Shown: positions 36,115 through 45,762 of the stretch, piece after piece
Layout: each line of letters starts with the position of its first letter
How positions within the stretch are numbered: the stretch's first letter is position 1
Assembly (NCBI GenBank): GCA_937138415.1
Contig: CAKZPA010000041.1
Coordinates: 1,072-65,071 of the forward strand
Source: an uncultured Nitrospiraceae bacterium
Lineage (GTDB): Bacteria > Nitrospirota > Thermodesulfovibrionia > Thermodesulfovibrionales > SM23-35
Length of the DNA: 64,000 nt
Direction: 5' to 3'
Notes under the pieces: model-generated
Seen by the model: only the letters and a program-made list of their open reading frames with translations
What the model was told of the DNA's origin: nothing
The model's database searches: none
Translations under genes and position numbers: made by a program

Positions 36115-37207
36115 TTATCCCTTTCCGCGCGACGCGATACCGCTTCGTTTTATCCCTGTGCTTCTCGTATGTAGCTCCCTTCTTCCGCGCGCACGCGAGC
36201 TTAGCGCTCCCGCCCGCGCGGTCCGCGGTCAGCACGCACGTCTTCTTCGTCCGCGAGCTCTTCTCCACGCGGGTCTTCCGCTTCTTCGCCATGAATCCGG
36301 CGGCAGCCGCTCCCCCCGCCTTCGCGAGATAGACGACGGGCTCAGCGCCGCCCTGCAACACAGTGAACCCCCGATCGAGAAGACGGTCCGACTCTCTCCA
36401 GAGGTTGTTTCTGCTCGGGCTTCCGAGGAGGGCGACGATGACCGCGTCGTCCGACCGCTCCGCCGCGCAGACGAAGCAGTGCCTTGCCGTCCGCGTGTAC
36501 CCGGTTTTGCCGCCGATAACGTCCCCGTCCGTCCAGAGGAGCCGATTCGTGTTCCTGAGCGGGATAGCACGGCCCCCTTCCGTCTCGATCTCGGTCGCAC
36601 GCGTGCTGATGATCTGCCTCAGCAGCGGCGAGCGAAGGGCGTACTGCATGATCCGGGACAAGTCAGAAGCGCTGATGTACTGACCGGGGCCCGGAAGACC
36701 GTGCGGATTGATGAAACGGGTATCGCGGGCGCCGATCGCGGCAGCCTTTCCGTTCATCAATTCCACGAACCTCTCCTCCGAGCCGGCAACGGCCTCGGCG
36801 AGGGCGACCGCGGCGTCGTTGGCTGATCCGAGCAACGCAGCATAGAGGAGCTCTTCGACCGTTACCCGGTCGCCTTCCCTCAATCCCGCCTTGTGCGGAG
36901 AGACGGTGGCGGCCCTCTTGCTCACCGTCACGACGCTCTCTGGCTTCATGTGCTCGACCGCGAGGATCGCCGTCATCAGCTTCGTCGTGCTCGCGGGCGG
37001 ACACCGCAAGTCGGGATTCTTCGCGTAGAGCACTTTGCCCGATGAGGCATCCATGACCACCGCCGCCCGGGAACGGACCGTCTCGGCCCGCGAAACGGTC
37101 GACAGCATACAGCAAAGATGAAACAAGACACATAGCAGCACGAAAACCCGATAATGCTTCTCCTCCCGCTTCCTGTTTCCTGCATCCTGTCTACCGACCA
37201 TCTTCAC
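36095..37207 (-). CDS. D-alanyl-D-alanine carboxypeptidase (S11, PBP5/6-like) with a basic C-terminal tail
   Basis: Signal peptide, ASTTK (SxxK), SANDAA (SxN), KTGYT (KTG). The GTG start overlaps the mraY stop (GTGA). The 3' end overlaps the murD start by 20 nt. Confidence 0.8.
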   Translation of the reverse strand: MKMVGRQDAGNRKREEKHYRVFVLLCVLFHLCCMLSTVSRAETVRSRAAVVMDASSGKVLYAKNPDLRCPPASTTKLMTAILAVEHMKPESVVTVSKRAATVSPHKAGLREGDRVTVEELLYAALLGSANDAAVALAEAVAGSEERFVELMNGKAAAIGARDTRFINPHGLPGPGQYISASDLSRIMQYALRSPLLRQIISTRATEIETEGGRAIPLRNTNRLLWTDGDVIGGKTGYTRTARHCFVCAAERSDDAVIVALLGSPSRNNLWRESDRLLDRGFTVLQGGAEPVVYLAKAGGAAAAGFMAKKRKTRVEKSSRTKKTCVLTADRAGGSAKLACARKKGATYEKHRDKTKRYRVARKGISEKNKG

Positions 37208-38286
37208 CTCACTTTAAGAGTTGCCAAACTCAACAGCGCCAGCATTATTCCGATGATCCAGAACCTCACGATCACTTTAGGCTCGGGCCACCCCTTCAGT
37301 TCGAAGTGGTGGTGGATTGGCGCCATCTTGAACAGGCGCTTGCCCGTCGCCTTGTACGACGCGACCTGCAGTACTACGGAAATCGTCTCGATCACGAAGA
37401 TGCCGCCGACGACCGCGAGCACGATTTCGTGCTTCGTGATGACCGCGAGTGTCCCGAGCGCGCCGCCTAACCCAAGGGAGCCGACGTCACCCATGAAGAC
37501 GTCGGCCGGATAGGAATTGTACCAGAGAAACCCGAGCGCCGCGCCGAACATCGCGCCGCAGAAGACCGTCAACTCTCCGGTGCCGGGCAGGAAGAGGACC
37601 TGAAGATACTGCGCCAGCCCCTTATGCCCCGATATGTACACGAGCACGCCGTTCGCGAGGACCGCGATCGCGACGAGGCCGATGGCGAGTCCGTCTATCC
37701 CGTCGGTAAGGTTCACGGCGTTGGACGAACCCACGATGACGAGCACCGAGAATGGGATATAGACGAGCCCGAGATCGATGAGCCACTTTTTGAAAAAAGG
37801 AATGCTCAGCACGTCCGCGTACGGATCGCGCGGATTGATGTAGAGGACGGTCCCGATCGCGAGCGCGAGCGCGATCTGCAGGCTGAACTTCTGGTACGCT
37901 CGCAGGCCGCGATGGTTCTGGCGGGCGATTTTCAGATAGTCGTCGAGGAGACCGATGCCGCCGAACCCGACGAGCGAGACGACGACCGTCCAGATGTACA
38001 CATTCTTGAGGTCGCCCCACAGAAAGACGGAGATCAGGATGCAGAGGATGATGAGGATCCCGCCCATCGTCGGGATCCCCGCTTTGCCCATGTGGGCTTT
38101 CGGCCCGTCTTCCCGTATCTGCTGGGTGAGGCTCAGCCTCCTGAGCTTCCCGATGAGCCACGGCCCGAGGACGAGCGAGAAGAAGAGCGCGGTGAGGACT
38201 GCGAGGGCCGTCCTGAACGTGATGTAACGGAAGACGTTGAGAGGTGAAAACCAGTCCCGCATGCCGTAGAGGAAGATATAGAGCAC
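37204..38286 (-). CDS. mraY: Phospho-N-acetylmuramoyl-pentapeptide transferase
   Basis: The likely start is GTG 38286 (VLYIFLYGM..FNVFRYITFR), with GGAGG inside the murF 3' end. This gives 360 aa. The 398-aa ORF in the track adds an R-rich extension overlapping murF. Confidence 0.9.
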   Translation of the reverse strand: MLYIFLYGMRDWFSPLNVFRYITFRTALAVLTALFFSLVLGPWLIGKLRRLSLTQQIREDGPKAHMGKAGIPTMGGILIILCILISVFLWGDLKNVYIWTVVVSLVGFGGIGLLDDYLKIARQNHRGLRAYQKFSLQIALALAIGTVLYINPRDPYADVLSIPFFKKWLIDLGLVYIPFSVLVIVGSSNAVNLTDGIDGLAIGLVAIAVLANGVLVYISGHKGLAQYLQVLFLPGTGELTVFCGAMFGAALGFLWYNSYPADVFMGDVGSLGLGGALGTLAVITKHEIVLAVVGGIFVIETISVVLQVASYKATGKRLFKMAPIHHHFELKGWPEPKVIVRFWIIGIMLALLSLATLKVR

Positions 38287-39656
38287 TATTCCTCCAGAAC
38301 CCTCTCCATCTGCATTCCTCTCGACCCCTTGATCAGCACCGTATCTCCTTCCCTTCCGACCTCCCTGAGGATCGCGCCTGCTTCTTCGGCGCGTTCGCAC
38401 CGGTACGCGGTGCCGTTGAACTCCGACACCGCCGAAGCCATGCGGCGTCCCGCCGCGATGAGCACGTCGACGGCAAGCGCCGACAATGCCCTCCCGATGT
38501 CGCGGTGCGCCTCCTCCTCGTAGGCACCGAGTTCGAGCATATCGCCGAGGACGGCGATCGCCCTCCCTTTCCTCATCCGCGCGAGTTCGACGAGCGCGGC
38601 GTGCATCGAGGACGGATTCGCGTTGTAAACGTCGCAGATGACCTTCATCCCCCGGTATTCCTTTATCTCCATGCGCCGGGAAACGCCGGCGAACAACTCG
38701 ATCGCGCTTTTCATAAGGAGCGGATCGACCCCGAAGAGATAGCCGACCGATGCCGCGGCGAGAATATTCGACACATTGAAAAGCCCCGCGAGGCGGGCGT
38801 TCACGTCGATCGTCCGCCGATCGGGGAACCGTATCCCGAATGCGAGCCCGTCCTCTGACACGCGGGGATCCACCGCGCGCACGTCCGCCGTGGCCTCGTT
38901 ACCGTACCGCACGAGGGCGCGGCGAAATCCGGCGCGGCGTATTCCTTCCATGAGGAAGAGGTCGTCCGCGTTCGCGACGGCGACCTGCACCGTCTCGAGC
39001 AACTCGAGTTTCGTCTCCCGAACCGTCTCCATATCGCCGAACCCTTCGAGATGCGCCCGTCCGATATTCGTCAGGACTCCATAGTCCGGCTTCGCAATGC
39101 GACAGAGGTCCCTGATGTCTCCCGGGGCGCTCGCCCCCATTTCGAGGACGACGGCCTCGTGACCGGCCTCCATCTTCGTCAGGGTGAGCGGAAGCCCGAT
39201 CTGGTTGTTCAGGTTTCCCTCATTCCTGAGAACCCGGAAGCGGGCCGCGAGGATCGAGGCAATCAGCTCTTTCGTCGTCGTCTTCCCGTTCGACCCCGTC
39301 ACCCCGACGACGGCGATTGCGTGCCGCGCCCGATGAAAACGGGCGATATCCTGAAGGGCTTTCAACGTGTCGGGCACGCGCACGACCGTTTTACCGGGCA
39401 CGCCACGCGCGTCGCCGGAATGTATGATCGCGCCGTTTCCCTTGCGAAGCGCGTCCGGAAGAAATTCATGGCCGTCGAACCTCTCGCCTCTGAGGGCAAT
39501 GAACAGTTCCCCTGCCCGTATCGTCCGCGAGTCGATGCTGACGCCGGCAAAGGAGTCAGGCCCACTCGAAAGGATCTCGCCTCCCGTCGCCGCGATGATA
39601 TCCTCCGTCGTAAACGACGCTGCGCGGGTTCCCTCGCGCGGAATGACGTCGTTCAT
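38286..39656 (-). CDS. murF: UDP-MurNAc-tripeptide--D-Ala-D-Ala ligase
   Basis: VTGSNGKTTTKE. Position fits. Confidence 0.9.
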   Translation of the reverse strand: MNDVIPREGTRAASFTTEDIIAATGGEILSSGPDSFAGVSIDSRTIRAGELFIALRGERFDGHEFLPDALRKGNGAIIHSGDARGVPGKTVVRVPDTLKALQDIARFHRARHAIAVVGVTGSNGKTTTKELIASILAARFRVLRNEGNLNNQIGLPLTLTKMEAGHEAVVLEMGASAPGDIRDLCRIAKPDYGVLTNIGRAHLEGFGDMETVRETKLELLETVQVAVANADDLFLMEGIRRAGFRRALVRYGNEATADVRAVDPRVSEDGLAFGIRFPDRRTIDVNARLAGLFNVSNILAAASVGYLFGVDPLLMKSAIELFAGVSRRMEIKEYRGMKVICDVYNANPSSMHAALVELARMRKGRAIAVLGDMLELGAYEEEAHRDIGRALSALAVDVLIAAGRRMASAVSEFNGTAYRCERAEEAGAILREVGREGDTVLIKGSRGMQMERVLEE

Positions 39657-41185
39657 CCGGCACCGCCCCCGCCGTATCTTCGGCGGATCGACTCGCGGAG
39701 AACCGCGACATCGCTGAACGGATACCGCACGCCGCTGATCTCTTGGTATTCTTCGTGGCCTTTCCCGGCAACGAGCACCATGTCGCCGTCCCCCGCCATC
39801 TCCACCGCTTTCTGAATCGCAATCCTCCTGTCCGGTTCGACGAGGTACCTCGCGCTGACCGCTTCATCCTCGATCTGTTTGATGATGTCGAGGGGGTTCT
39901 CCGACCGTGGGTTGTCTGACGTGATGATCGCGAAATCGCTCAACCTCGTCGCAATTTCTCCCATGCGCGGCCTCTTCCCCTGATCTCGGTCCCCGCCGCA
40001 TCCGAACACCGTTATGATGCGGCCAGACCCGGACGACGTGCCGACCAGGCGCGCTGAAGAGAGCAGCTCCCGCGCGGTCACGATCAGCCTTTCGAGCGCG
40101 TCCTCCGTGTGCGCGTAATCGACCAGGCAGAGAAACGGCTGGCCCTCGTCAATCCTCTCGAATCGTCCCGCGACGGGCCGTGTCTTCCCGATGCCCTCGA
40201 GGATATCGTCCCACGGGACGCCCATCGAGACCGCCGCAGCGGCGGCCGAAAGGATGTTGTACACATTCGGCGTACCGATCAGCGCGGACGCCACGTCGTA
40301 GCGCCGGCCCTCGTACGAGAGCCGGAACCGCACCCCATCAAAAGAGGTTTGGATATCTGAGGCACGCATGCGTGCCTCCTCTCCGACGCCGCACGTGATC
40401 ACCGATCGCGCCGGCGATGCCGATTCGAGCAGAGCGGCGAGCCGTTTCCCATACGCATCATCGGTGTTGACAACCGCGGAGGCATCCTCATGGAGGAGTT
40501 CGGTGAAGAGTCGTTTTTTTGCCTCGAAGTACTCTTCCATCGTGCCGTGAAAGTCGAGGTGGTCCCGCGTGAGATTCGTGAAGACCGCGGCGCGAAAGAC
40601 GACGCCGTCGACGCGATGCTGCGCGAGGGCGTGGGACGAGACCTCCGCGACCACGTGCGTGCACCCTTCCCGCACCATTTCGCGCAGCAGTTCCTGCAAC
40701 TCGACCGACTCGGGGGTCGTGTGGAGCGCCGGGAAGGATCGGTCACGCACCATATGCCGAATCGTGCCGATCATCCCGACGTATTTACCCCACGCTTCGA
40801 GAATCGACTTGAGGATGTGCGTCGTCGTCGTCTTCCCGTTCGTGCCGGTCACGCCGGCCACGAAGAGATCTTCGGAAGGCCGCCCGTAGAAATTGTTCGC
40901 TATGCACGCGAGCGCCCGCCGGCTGTCGCCGACGAGAACGCACGCGCAGCCCGGAAGCCCGGCGTCCCGTTCGGCGACGACGACCCTCGCGCCTTTCGCA
41001 ACCGCGTCGTCCACGAACATGTGCCCGTCGACCTTCTCCCCTCGTATCGCGACAAAGAGGTAATTCTCCTTCACCTGACGGGAATCGTAGGCGATGCCCG
41101 CGACCTCTCCGTCGAGGATCCCGCTCTCACCTTTCATAACCCGGTAATCGCACCCTTCTAAAAGTGCCTTCACCCTCATCTCCAC
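39653..41185 (-). CDS. murE: UDP-MurNAc-L-Ala-D-Glu--2,6-diaminopimelate ligase
   Basis: VTGTNGKTTTTH, DYAHTEDAL, and a DNPR motif (TSDNPRSE) consistent with meso-DAP specificity. Confidence 0.9.
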   Translation of the reverse strand: MEMRVKALLEGCDYRVMKGESGILDGEVAGIAYDSRQVKENYLFVAIRGEKVDGHMFVDDAVAKGARVVVAERDAGLPGCACVLVGDSRRALACIANNFYGRPSEDLFVAGVTGTNGKTTTTHILKSILEAWGKYVGMIGTIRHMVRDRSFPALHTTPESVELQELLREMVREGCTHVVAEVSSHALAQHRVDGVVFRAAVFTNLTRDHLDFHGTMEEYFEAKKRLFTELLHEDASAVVNTDDAYGKRLAALLESASPARSVITCGVGEEARMRASDIQTSFDGVRFRLSYEGRRYDVASALIGTPNVYNILSAAAAAVSMGVPWDDILEGIGKTRPVAGRFERIDEGQPFLCLVDYAHTEDALERLIVTARELLSSARLVGTSSGSGRIITVFGCGGDRDQGKRPRMGEIATRLSDFAIITSDNPRSENPLDIIKQIEDEAVSARYLVEPDRRIAIQKAVEMAGDGDMVLVAGKGHEEYQEISGVRYPFSDVAVLRESIRRRYGGGGAG

Positions 41186-42876
41186 GCCAGCAGCGCCTGC
41201 TTCCCCGGGACGTCCTCCCTCGGCACGTTGAGGTACGACAGCGCCTGCCGCGCGATCTCGCGGAAAACCGGAGCCGCGACGACCCCGCCGTAAATCTGCC
41301 CTTTCGGCTCGTAAACGACCACGATCATCGCGATCCGGGGATTGTCCGCGGGAACGAATCCGACGAATGAACTCACGTACTTGTCCTTCGAGTATCTCTT
41401 CGTTCGGGGATCGATCATCTGCGCCGTCCCCGTCTTGCCCGCAACCAGATTGCCGTCCACCGACGCGCTGCGGGCGGTGCCGCCGTCTTCCGTCACGCTC
41501 TTCAGGATTTCCTTGAACGTCTCGGCGGTCTTCGCGGAGAGAACCGCGCGCCGCTCGCCGTCCCGGAACGACGCGAGCGTCTTGCGGTCCGGCGAGAGGA
41601 CCTCGGAGACGATGTGCGGCCGGACGAGATAGCCGCCGTTGGCGATCGCCGCGTATGCCCTCACGATCTGCAGGGGCGTCACCGCGACTTCCTGCCCGAT
41701 CGGTATCGCCCCGAGCGATGTGCCCGACCAGTGTTCCGGCTTGGGGATCCAGCCCGACACCTCGCCGGGCAGGTCGATACCCGTCTTCTCCCCGATGCCG
41801 AGCAGCTTCGCGTACCGATAGATGTTCTCCTTCCCGAGTCTCATGCCAGCCATGATCGAACCGACGTTCGATGACTTCTGAATGACCTCTTTGAACGTGA
41901 TCACACCGTACTTGTGCACGTCGCGGATGACTTTGCCGCCGACCTCGATGCCGCCCCTGCTCACATCGAAGAGCGAATTCGGTGTCACCAGCTTCTCTTC
42001 GAGAGACCCGACGCCGATGACGATCTTGAAGACGGATCCCGGTTCATAGCAGTCCGTTATCGCCCGGTTCCTCTTCTCGAAGCCCGGCGCGGACCCTCCC
42101 GCGTTGGGGTCGTAGGCCGGCCGGTTCGCGAGGGCGAGGATTCCCCCGCTGTACGGGTCCATCATGACGGCCGTGGCGGCAGCCGCGCGCCACTGCTCGA
42201 GAGCCCGGTCGAGTTCCTTCTCCACGATGCGCTGCAAAACCTCGTCGATCGTGAGCACGATGTTGTTCCCTTTTGCCTCCGCGCTGATCCCGGACGAGAG
42301 GGTCCTGCCGCTCGCGTCCCTCTCGCGGAAAACCTTCCCGCCCTTCGCGCCGAGATATTTATCATACTGCAACTCGATGCCTTCGAGAGGCTGATTATCG
42401 ATCCCGACAAAACCGATGACGTGCGACGCGAGATCACCCTTGGGATAAAACCGCTTCGCTTCGGTCACGAAGCCGAGGCCCTCGATGTTGAGGGCGCGGA
42501 CTTTGTCCGCGGTCTCGGGCGGCAGCTTTCGTTTGATCCAGACAAACCGTCCCTCATCCGGTATCCGCGAGAGCATCTTTTGGGGCTCCCGGTCGACGAG
42601 GGGCGCGAGCATCCTGATCGTCTCCCAGCTCGGGGCGAATGTTTTCGGGTCGCAGTAGAGTGATTCGAGGTCGAGATTGAGCGCCAGTTCGCGACCCATG
42701 CGGTCGAAGATGATGCCCCGCCGCACCTGCACGTCCTCGACCGCCGTGTGCTGTTGCTGGGCCCGCCTGGCGAGCCGCTCGTGGTCGAAGAGCATGAGAT
42801 CGGTGAGACGATAGGCAACGATCAAAAAACCGAAGACGACCGCCGTGTGAAGAATGACCGCCCGTCCTGTCCGCAT
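41176..42876 (-). CDS. ftsI: Division-specific transpeptidase FtsI (PBP3)
   Basis: N-terminal TM helix, SVFK (SxxK), SSN, and KTGT (the motif that replaces KSG here). Confidence 0.9.
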   Translation of the reverse strand: MRTGRAVILHTAVVFGFLIVAYRLTDLMLFDHERLARRAQQQHTAVEDVQVRRGIIFDRMGRELALNLDLESLYCDPKTFAPSWETIRMLAPLVDREPQKMLSRIPDEGRFVWIKRKLPPETADKVRALNIEGLGFVTEAKRFYPKGDLASHVIGFVGIDNQPLEGIELQYDKYLGAKGGKVFRERDASGRTLSSGISAEAKGNNIVLTIDEVLQRIVEKELDRALEQWRAAAATAVMMDPYSGGILALANRPAYDPNAGGSAPGFEKRNRAITDCYEPGSVFKIVIGVGSLEEKLVTPNSLFDVSRGGIEVGGKVIRDVHKYGVITFKEVIQKSSNVGSIMAGMRLGKENIYRYAKLLGIGEKTGIDLPGEVSGWIPKPEHWSGTSLGAIPIGQEVAVTPLQIVRAYAAIANGGYLVRPHIVSEVLSPDRKTLASFRDGERRAVLSAKTAETFKEILKSVTEDGGTARSASVDGNLVAGKTGTAQMIDPRTKRYSKDKYVSSFVGFVPADNPRIAMIVVVYEPKGQIYGGVVAAPVFREIARQALSYLNVPREDVPGKQALLAWR

Positions 42877-42894
42877 CCCCCGCCCCCCTGTTTC

Positions 42895-43242
42895 TTAGGG
42901 TTCTGCCAGCTGTTTCTCCTTGAAGGAAGCATGGGACGGCATCGATCTCGTGTGTTTCCCGATCTGCACGACCTTCAGCCTGTCAGGGAGGACGAAGCCG
43001 TCCTGACTCTGCGAGGAGGCCTCGAGCCGCGCGAACGAGAGCTGGCTCGTTTTTTCGGCGAACAGCACCTTCCGCTCCCTGAGGCAGAGCGTCTTTTTCT
43101 TTTCGAGTTCGCCGAGACGATACTCAAGCTTCACGATCTGCGACCTCACGAATACCAGGGCAAAGACACTGATCAGCAACAATGCGATGAGGAAAGGCGT
43201 CACGACCAATTTCCCGATGCTCCTTCTTCTCCCAACTATCAT
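42895..43242 (-). CDS. ftsL: Cell division protein FtsL
   Basis: Small bitopic protein with a TM helix and a leucine-zipper-like segment. Lies between rsmH and ftsI. Confidence 0.6.
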   Translation of the reverse strand: MIVGRRRSIGKLVVTPFLIALLLISVFALVFVRSQIVKLEYRLGELEKKKTLCLRERKVLFAEKTSQLSFARLEASSQSQDGFVLPDRLKVVQIGKHTRSMPSHASFKEKQLAEP

Positions 43243-44120
43243 AGTCTCTCCGCCACCCGTAATTTTGCGCTCCTCGACGACGGATTCCCTCTCAGCTCAT
43301 CCGGTCGGGGAGTGATGGGTTTCTTCGTCAAAACGCTGAACAACCCTTTCCGTGCCTGGTCTGCGAAACAATGCTTCACGATCCGGTCTTCGAGCGAATG
43401 GTAGGAAATGACGCAGAGCCGGCCGCCTCGCGCGAGGAGAGTGACCGACGCCGACAACGCCTCCCTGAGTTCATCGAGTTCGCGGTTCACCGCGATGCGC
43501 AACGCCTGGAAGGTTTTCGTCGCGGGATGTATCCTCCCCCTGACCCTATAGACCTGCTCGACGATGCGGGCGAGTTCCGCGCACGTCTCGATCGGTTTTT
43601 TCGCTCTCTGCCGCTTTATCGCCGCGGCAATCCTGCGGGCGTGCCTCTCTTCGCCGTATTCGCGCAAAAGCCGTTCGAGTTCCTCTTCGGGGTACCGGTT
43701 CACGATGTCGCGTGCGGTCAATGGCTGGCTCTTGTCCATCCGCATGTCGAGCGGCGCATCGGATGCGAAACTGAATCCCCTCTCCGGCGTCCGCAACTGC
43801 GCACTCGATATCCCGAGATCGAACAGGATACCGTCAGCGTGGAGGATACCCTGTGCGCGAACCATCTCTTCCATATCCGAAAAGTCTCCCCGCACCAGCG
43901 TCACCCGGGAGTCCGCGAGTCTGCTTGCCGCTTCCCGGATCGCCTCTTCATCCCTGTCTATCCCGATGAGCCTGCCGCGAGGCCCGAGTTCCCTTACGAT
44001 CGCTTCCGCATGTCCGCCGAGTCCCACCGTCGCATCGACATACGCCCCTTCCCGCCGTATACGAAGCATTTCCACAACCCGTTCGCACATGACGGGGCGA
44101 TGCGAAATGGCCGCGGTCAC
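43239..44120 (-). CDS. rsmH: 16S rRNA (cytosine1402-N4)-methyltransferase
   Basis: HRPVM, DATVGLGGH, DLGISSAQL. Confidence 0.9.
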   Translation of the reverse strand: MTAAISHRPVMCERVVEMLRIRREGAYVDATVGLGGHAEAIVRELGPRGRLIGIDRDEEAIREAASRLADSRVTLVRGDFSDMEEMVRAQGILHADGILFDLGISSAQLRTPERGFSFASDAPLDMRMDKSQPLTARDIVNRYPEEELERLLREYGEERHARRIAAAIKRQRAKKPIETCAELARIVEQVYRVRGRIHPATKTFQALRIAVNRELDELREALSASVTLLARGGRLCVISYHSLEDRIVKHCFADQARKGLFSVLTKKPITPRPDELRGNPSSRSAKLRVAERL

Positions 44121-44135
44121 ACGATCGGGAAAATC

Positions 44136-44588
44136 TCAGAAACCGAGATCCGCAAGCCCCCTCTCCATTTCTTCCTTGTCGATCTGCGAGAGGTCGACGA
44201 GTTTGTTCCACTCGTCCCGATTCCAGAGTTCGATCCTGTCAACCTGACCGACAATGACGATCTCCGTGTTAATGTTCGCATCCTGCCGCAATGCCGCGGG
44301 GATGAGGATCCTCCCCTGCTTATCCATGTCTATCTCCACGGCGGAACCGATGACTCTCCGCATGAAAAATTTGACGTGCTTGTCGGAACTCGGCTTCGTC
44401 CTCACCCGTTCCTGGAGTTTATTCCACTCTTCCGCGGGATAGATGCGGAGGCACTCGTCGACGGGCGCGATCGTGATAAAAAGTTTTGTGCTATAATGCG
44501 CGGTAATGACATCCCTGAACGGAGCCGGGATGATAATTCTCCCCTTTTGGTCGGCGGTGTAATAGTACTTGCCCGAGAAAGCCGGCAC
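44136..44588 (-). CDS. mraZ: Transcriptional regulator MraZ
   Basis: GTG 44588 preceded by GGAGGG gives MPAFSGKYYYTADQKGRIIIPAPFR, 150 aa. The ORF-track start at 44672 would place the promoter and operator inside the gene. Confidence 0.85.
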   Translation of the reverse strand: MPAFSGKYYYTADQKGRIIIPAPFRDVITAHYSTKLFITIAPVDECLRIYPAEEWNKLQERVRTKPSSDKHVKFFMRRVIGSAVEIDMDKQGRILIPAALRQDANINTEIVIVGQVDRIELWNRDEWNKLVDLSQIDKEEMERGLADLGF

Positions 44589-44595
44589 GTTCCCT

Positions 44596-44651
44596 CCACT
44601 TTTTACCACTTTATTCCACAACATATTAGAGTGAGGGCGTTTGATTGTCAA
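44596..44651 (-). promoter_or_regulatory. Pmra promoter plus three MraZ-box direct repeats
   Basis: Minus strand reads TTGACA (44646-44651), 17 nt, TAATAT (44623-44628). GTGG then occurs at 44616-44619, 44606-44609 and 44596-44599, exactly 10 bp apart. Confidence 0.6.
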
Positions 44652-44969
44652 GAGAAAAATCGCACTTCCCATATTATGTGCGGCTTCGATTGGCGTACCA
44701 CTACATGTTGGGATATCGTTCTTCCCCGACCATTTTTCCTGCGAGCGCGACCAATCCCGTCAATAACGGACTGCCGATGCGCGGATGACAGCTCGATCGA
44801 ATGAACGCCGAATCGAGGGGATGAAGCAACGCATCAATCGGATGCATGGACGGCGCTCTGCAGATGCGCCGACGCGCGAGCGCCCGCCGCCAGTGGGAGC
44901 GCGCTCCGCGCGCACCGCAATCCGTTGACAGGCGCGCGTTTTCGACGGCCGGCCCGTGCATTTTTTACC

Positions 44970-44999
44970 TTGACAAAATGATTTCTTCCTTGATACTGT
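44970..44999 (+). promoter_or_regulatory. Candidate hup promoter
   Basis: TTGACA (44970-44975), 18 nt, TGaTACTGT (44991-44999). Confidence 0.4.
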
Positions 45000-45064
45000 T
45001 ATCGCAGTTATTCCGGGACTAATACCACGCAGCAGAATACTTCAACGAAAGGGGGGAAGATTCG

Positions 45065-45337
45065 ATGACCAAAGCAGAACTGATCGACAAAATCGCGTCT
45101 GGCGCGGGGATGAGTAAATCTGACGCGACGAGGGTCTTGGATACCACTCTGAACGCGATCCGCTCCGCACTGAAAAAGGGACAGAAAGTAACACTCGTGG
45201 GGTTCGGGACGTTTTCCGTGGCGAAGAGGAAGTCCAGAAAAGGCCGCAATCCGAGAACCGGCGATGTCATTACTATTCCTGCCTCCAGGATTCCTAAATT
45301 TACCGCTGGCAAATTGCTCAAAGATGCCGTGAAATAA
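45065..45337 (+). CDS. hup: Nucleoid protein HU
   Basis: MTKAELIDKIA..GFGTFSVAKRKSRKGRNPRTGDVITIPA. SD present. Confidence 0.9.
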   Translation: MTKAELIDKIASGAGMSKSDATRVLDTTLNAIRSALKKGQKVTLVGFGTFSVAKRKSRKGRNPRTGDVITIPASRIPKFTAGKLLKDAVK

Positions 45338-45446
45338 TACGATTGTACGAAGGGGAAGGACAGAAGACGAACGTCCTTCCCCTCCTCACCGAAACCCTGC
45401 ACCGCGGAAATGTTCCGACGCACAAGACGAGAGAAAGGAGGTTTCG

Positions 45447-45752
45447 ATGCTCGTCGAATTCAGCATTATACCGATCGGTATCGGGAGCAGTCTTGGGGAC
45501 AGGCTCGCGGAGGTTCTCGAGATCGTCGATGCGAGCGGGCTTCCTTACAAAATCAATCCGATGGGAACCGTCATCGAAGGCGATTGGGACGATACGATGA
45601 AGCTCATCAAGAAATGTCACAAGGCGGTGATGAAGAAGGGGGAGCGCGCCGTGACGATCATATCGATCGACGACAGGAAAGGCAAGCCGAACAGAATCGA
45701 CGAGAAGGTGAAGTCGATCGAGAGAAGAATCGGGAAAACCCTGAAAAAGTGA
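45447..45752 (+). CDS. MTH1187/YkoF-family (UPF0045) thiamine-binding-like protein
   Basis: MLVEFSIIPIG..LPYKINPMGTVIEGDWD. AGGAGG present. Confidence 0.75.
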   Translation: MLVEFSIIPIGIGSSLGDRLAEVLEIVDASGLPYKINPMGTVIEGDWDDTMKLIKKCHKAVMKKGERAVTIISIDDRKGKPNRIDEKVKSIERRIGKTLKK

Positions 45753-45762
45753 GGGACGCGCG

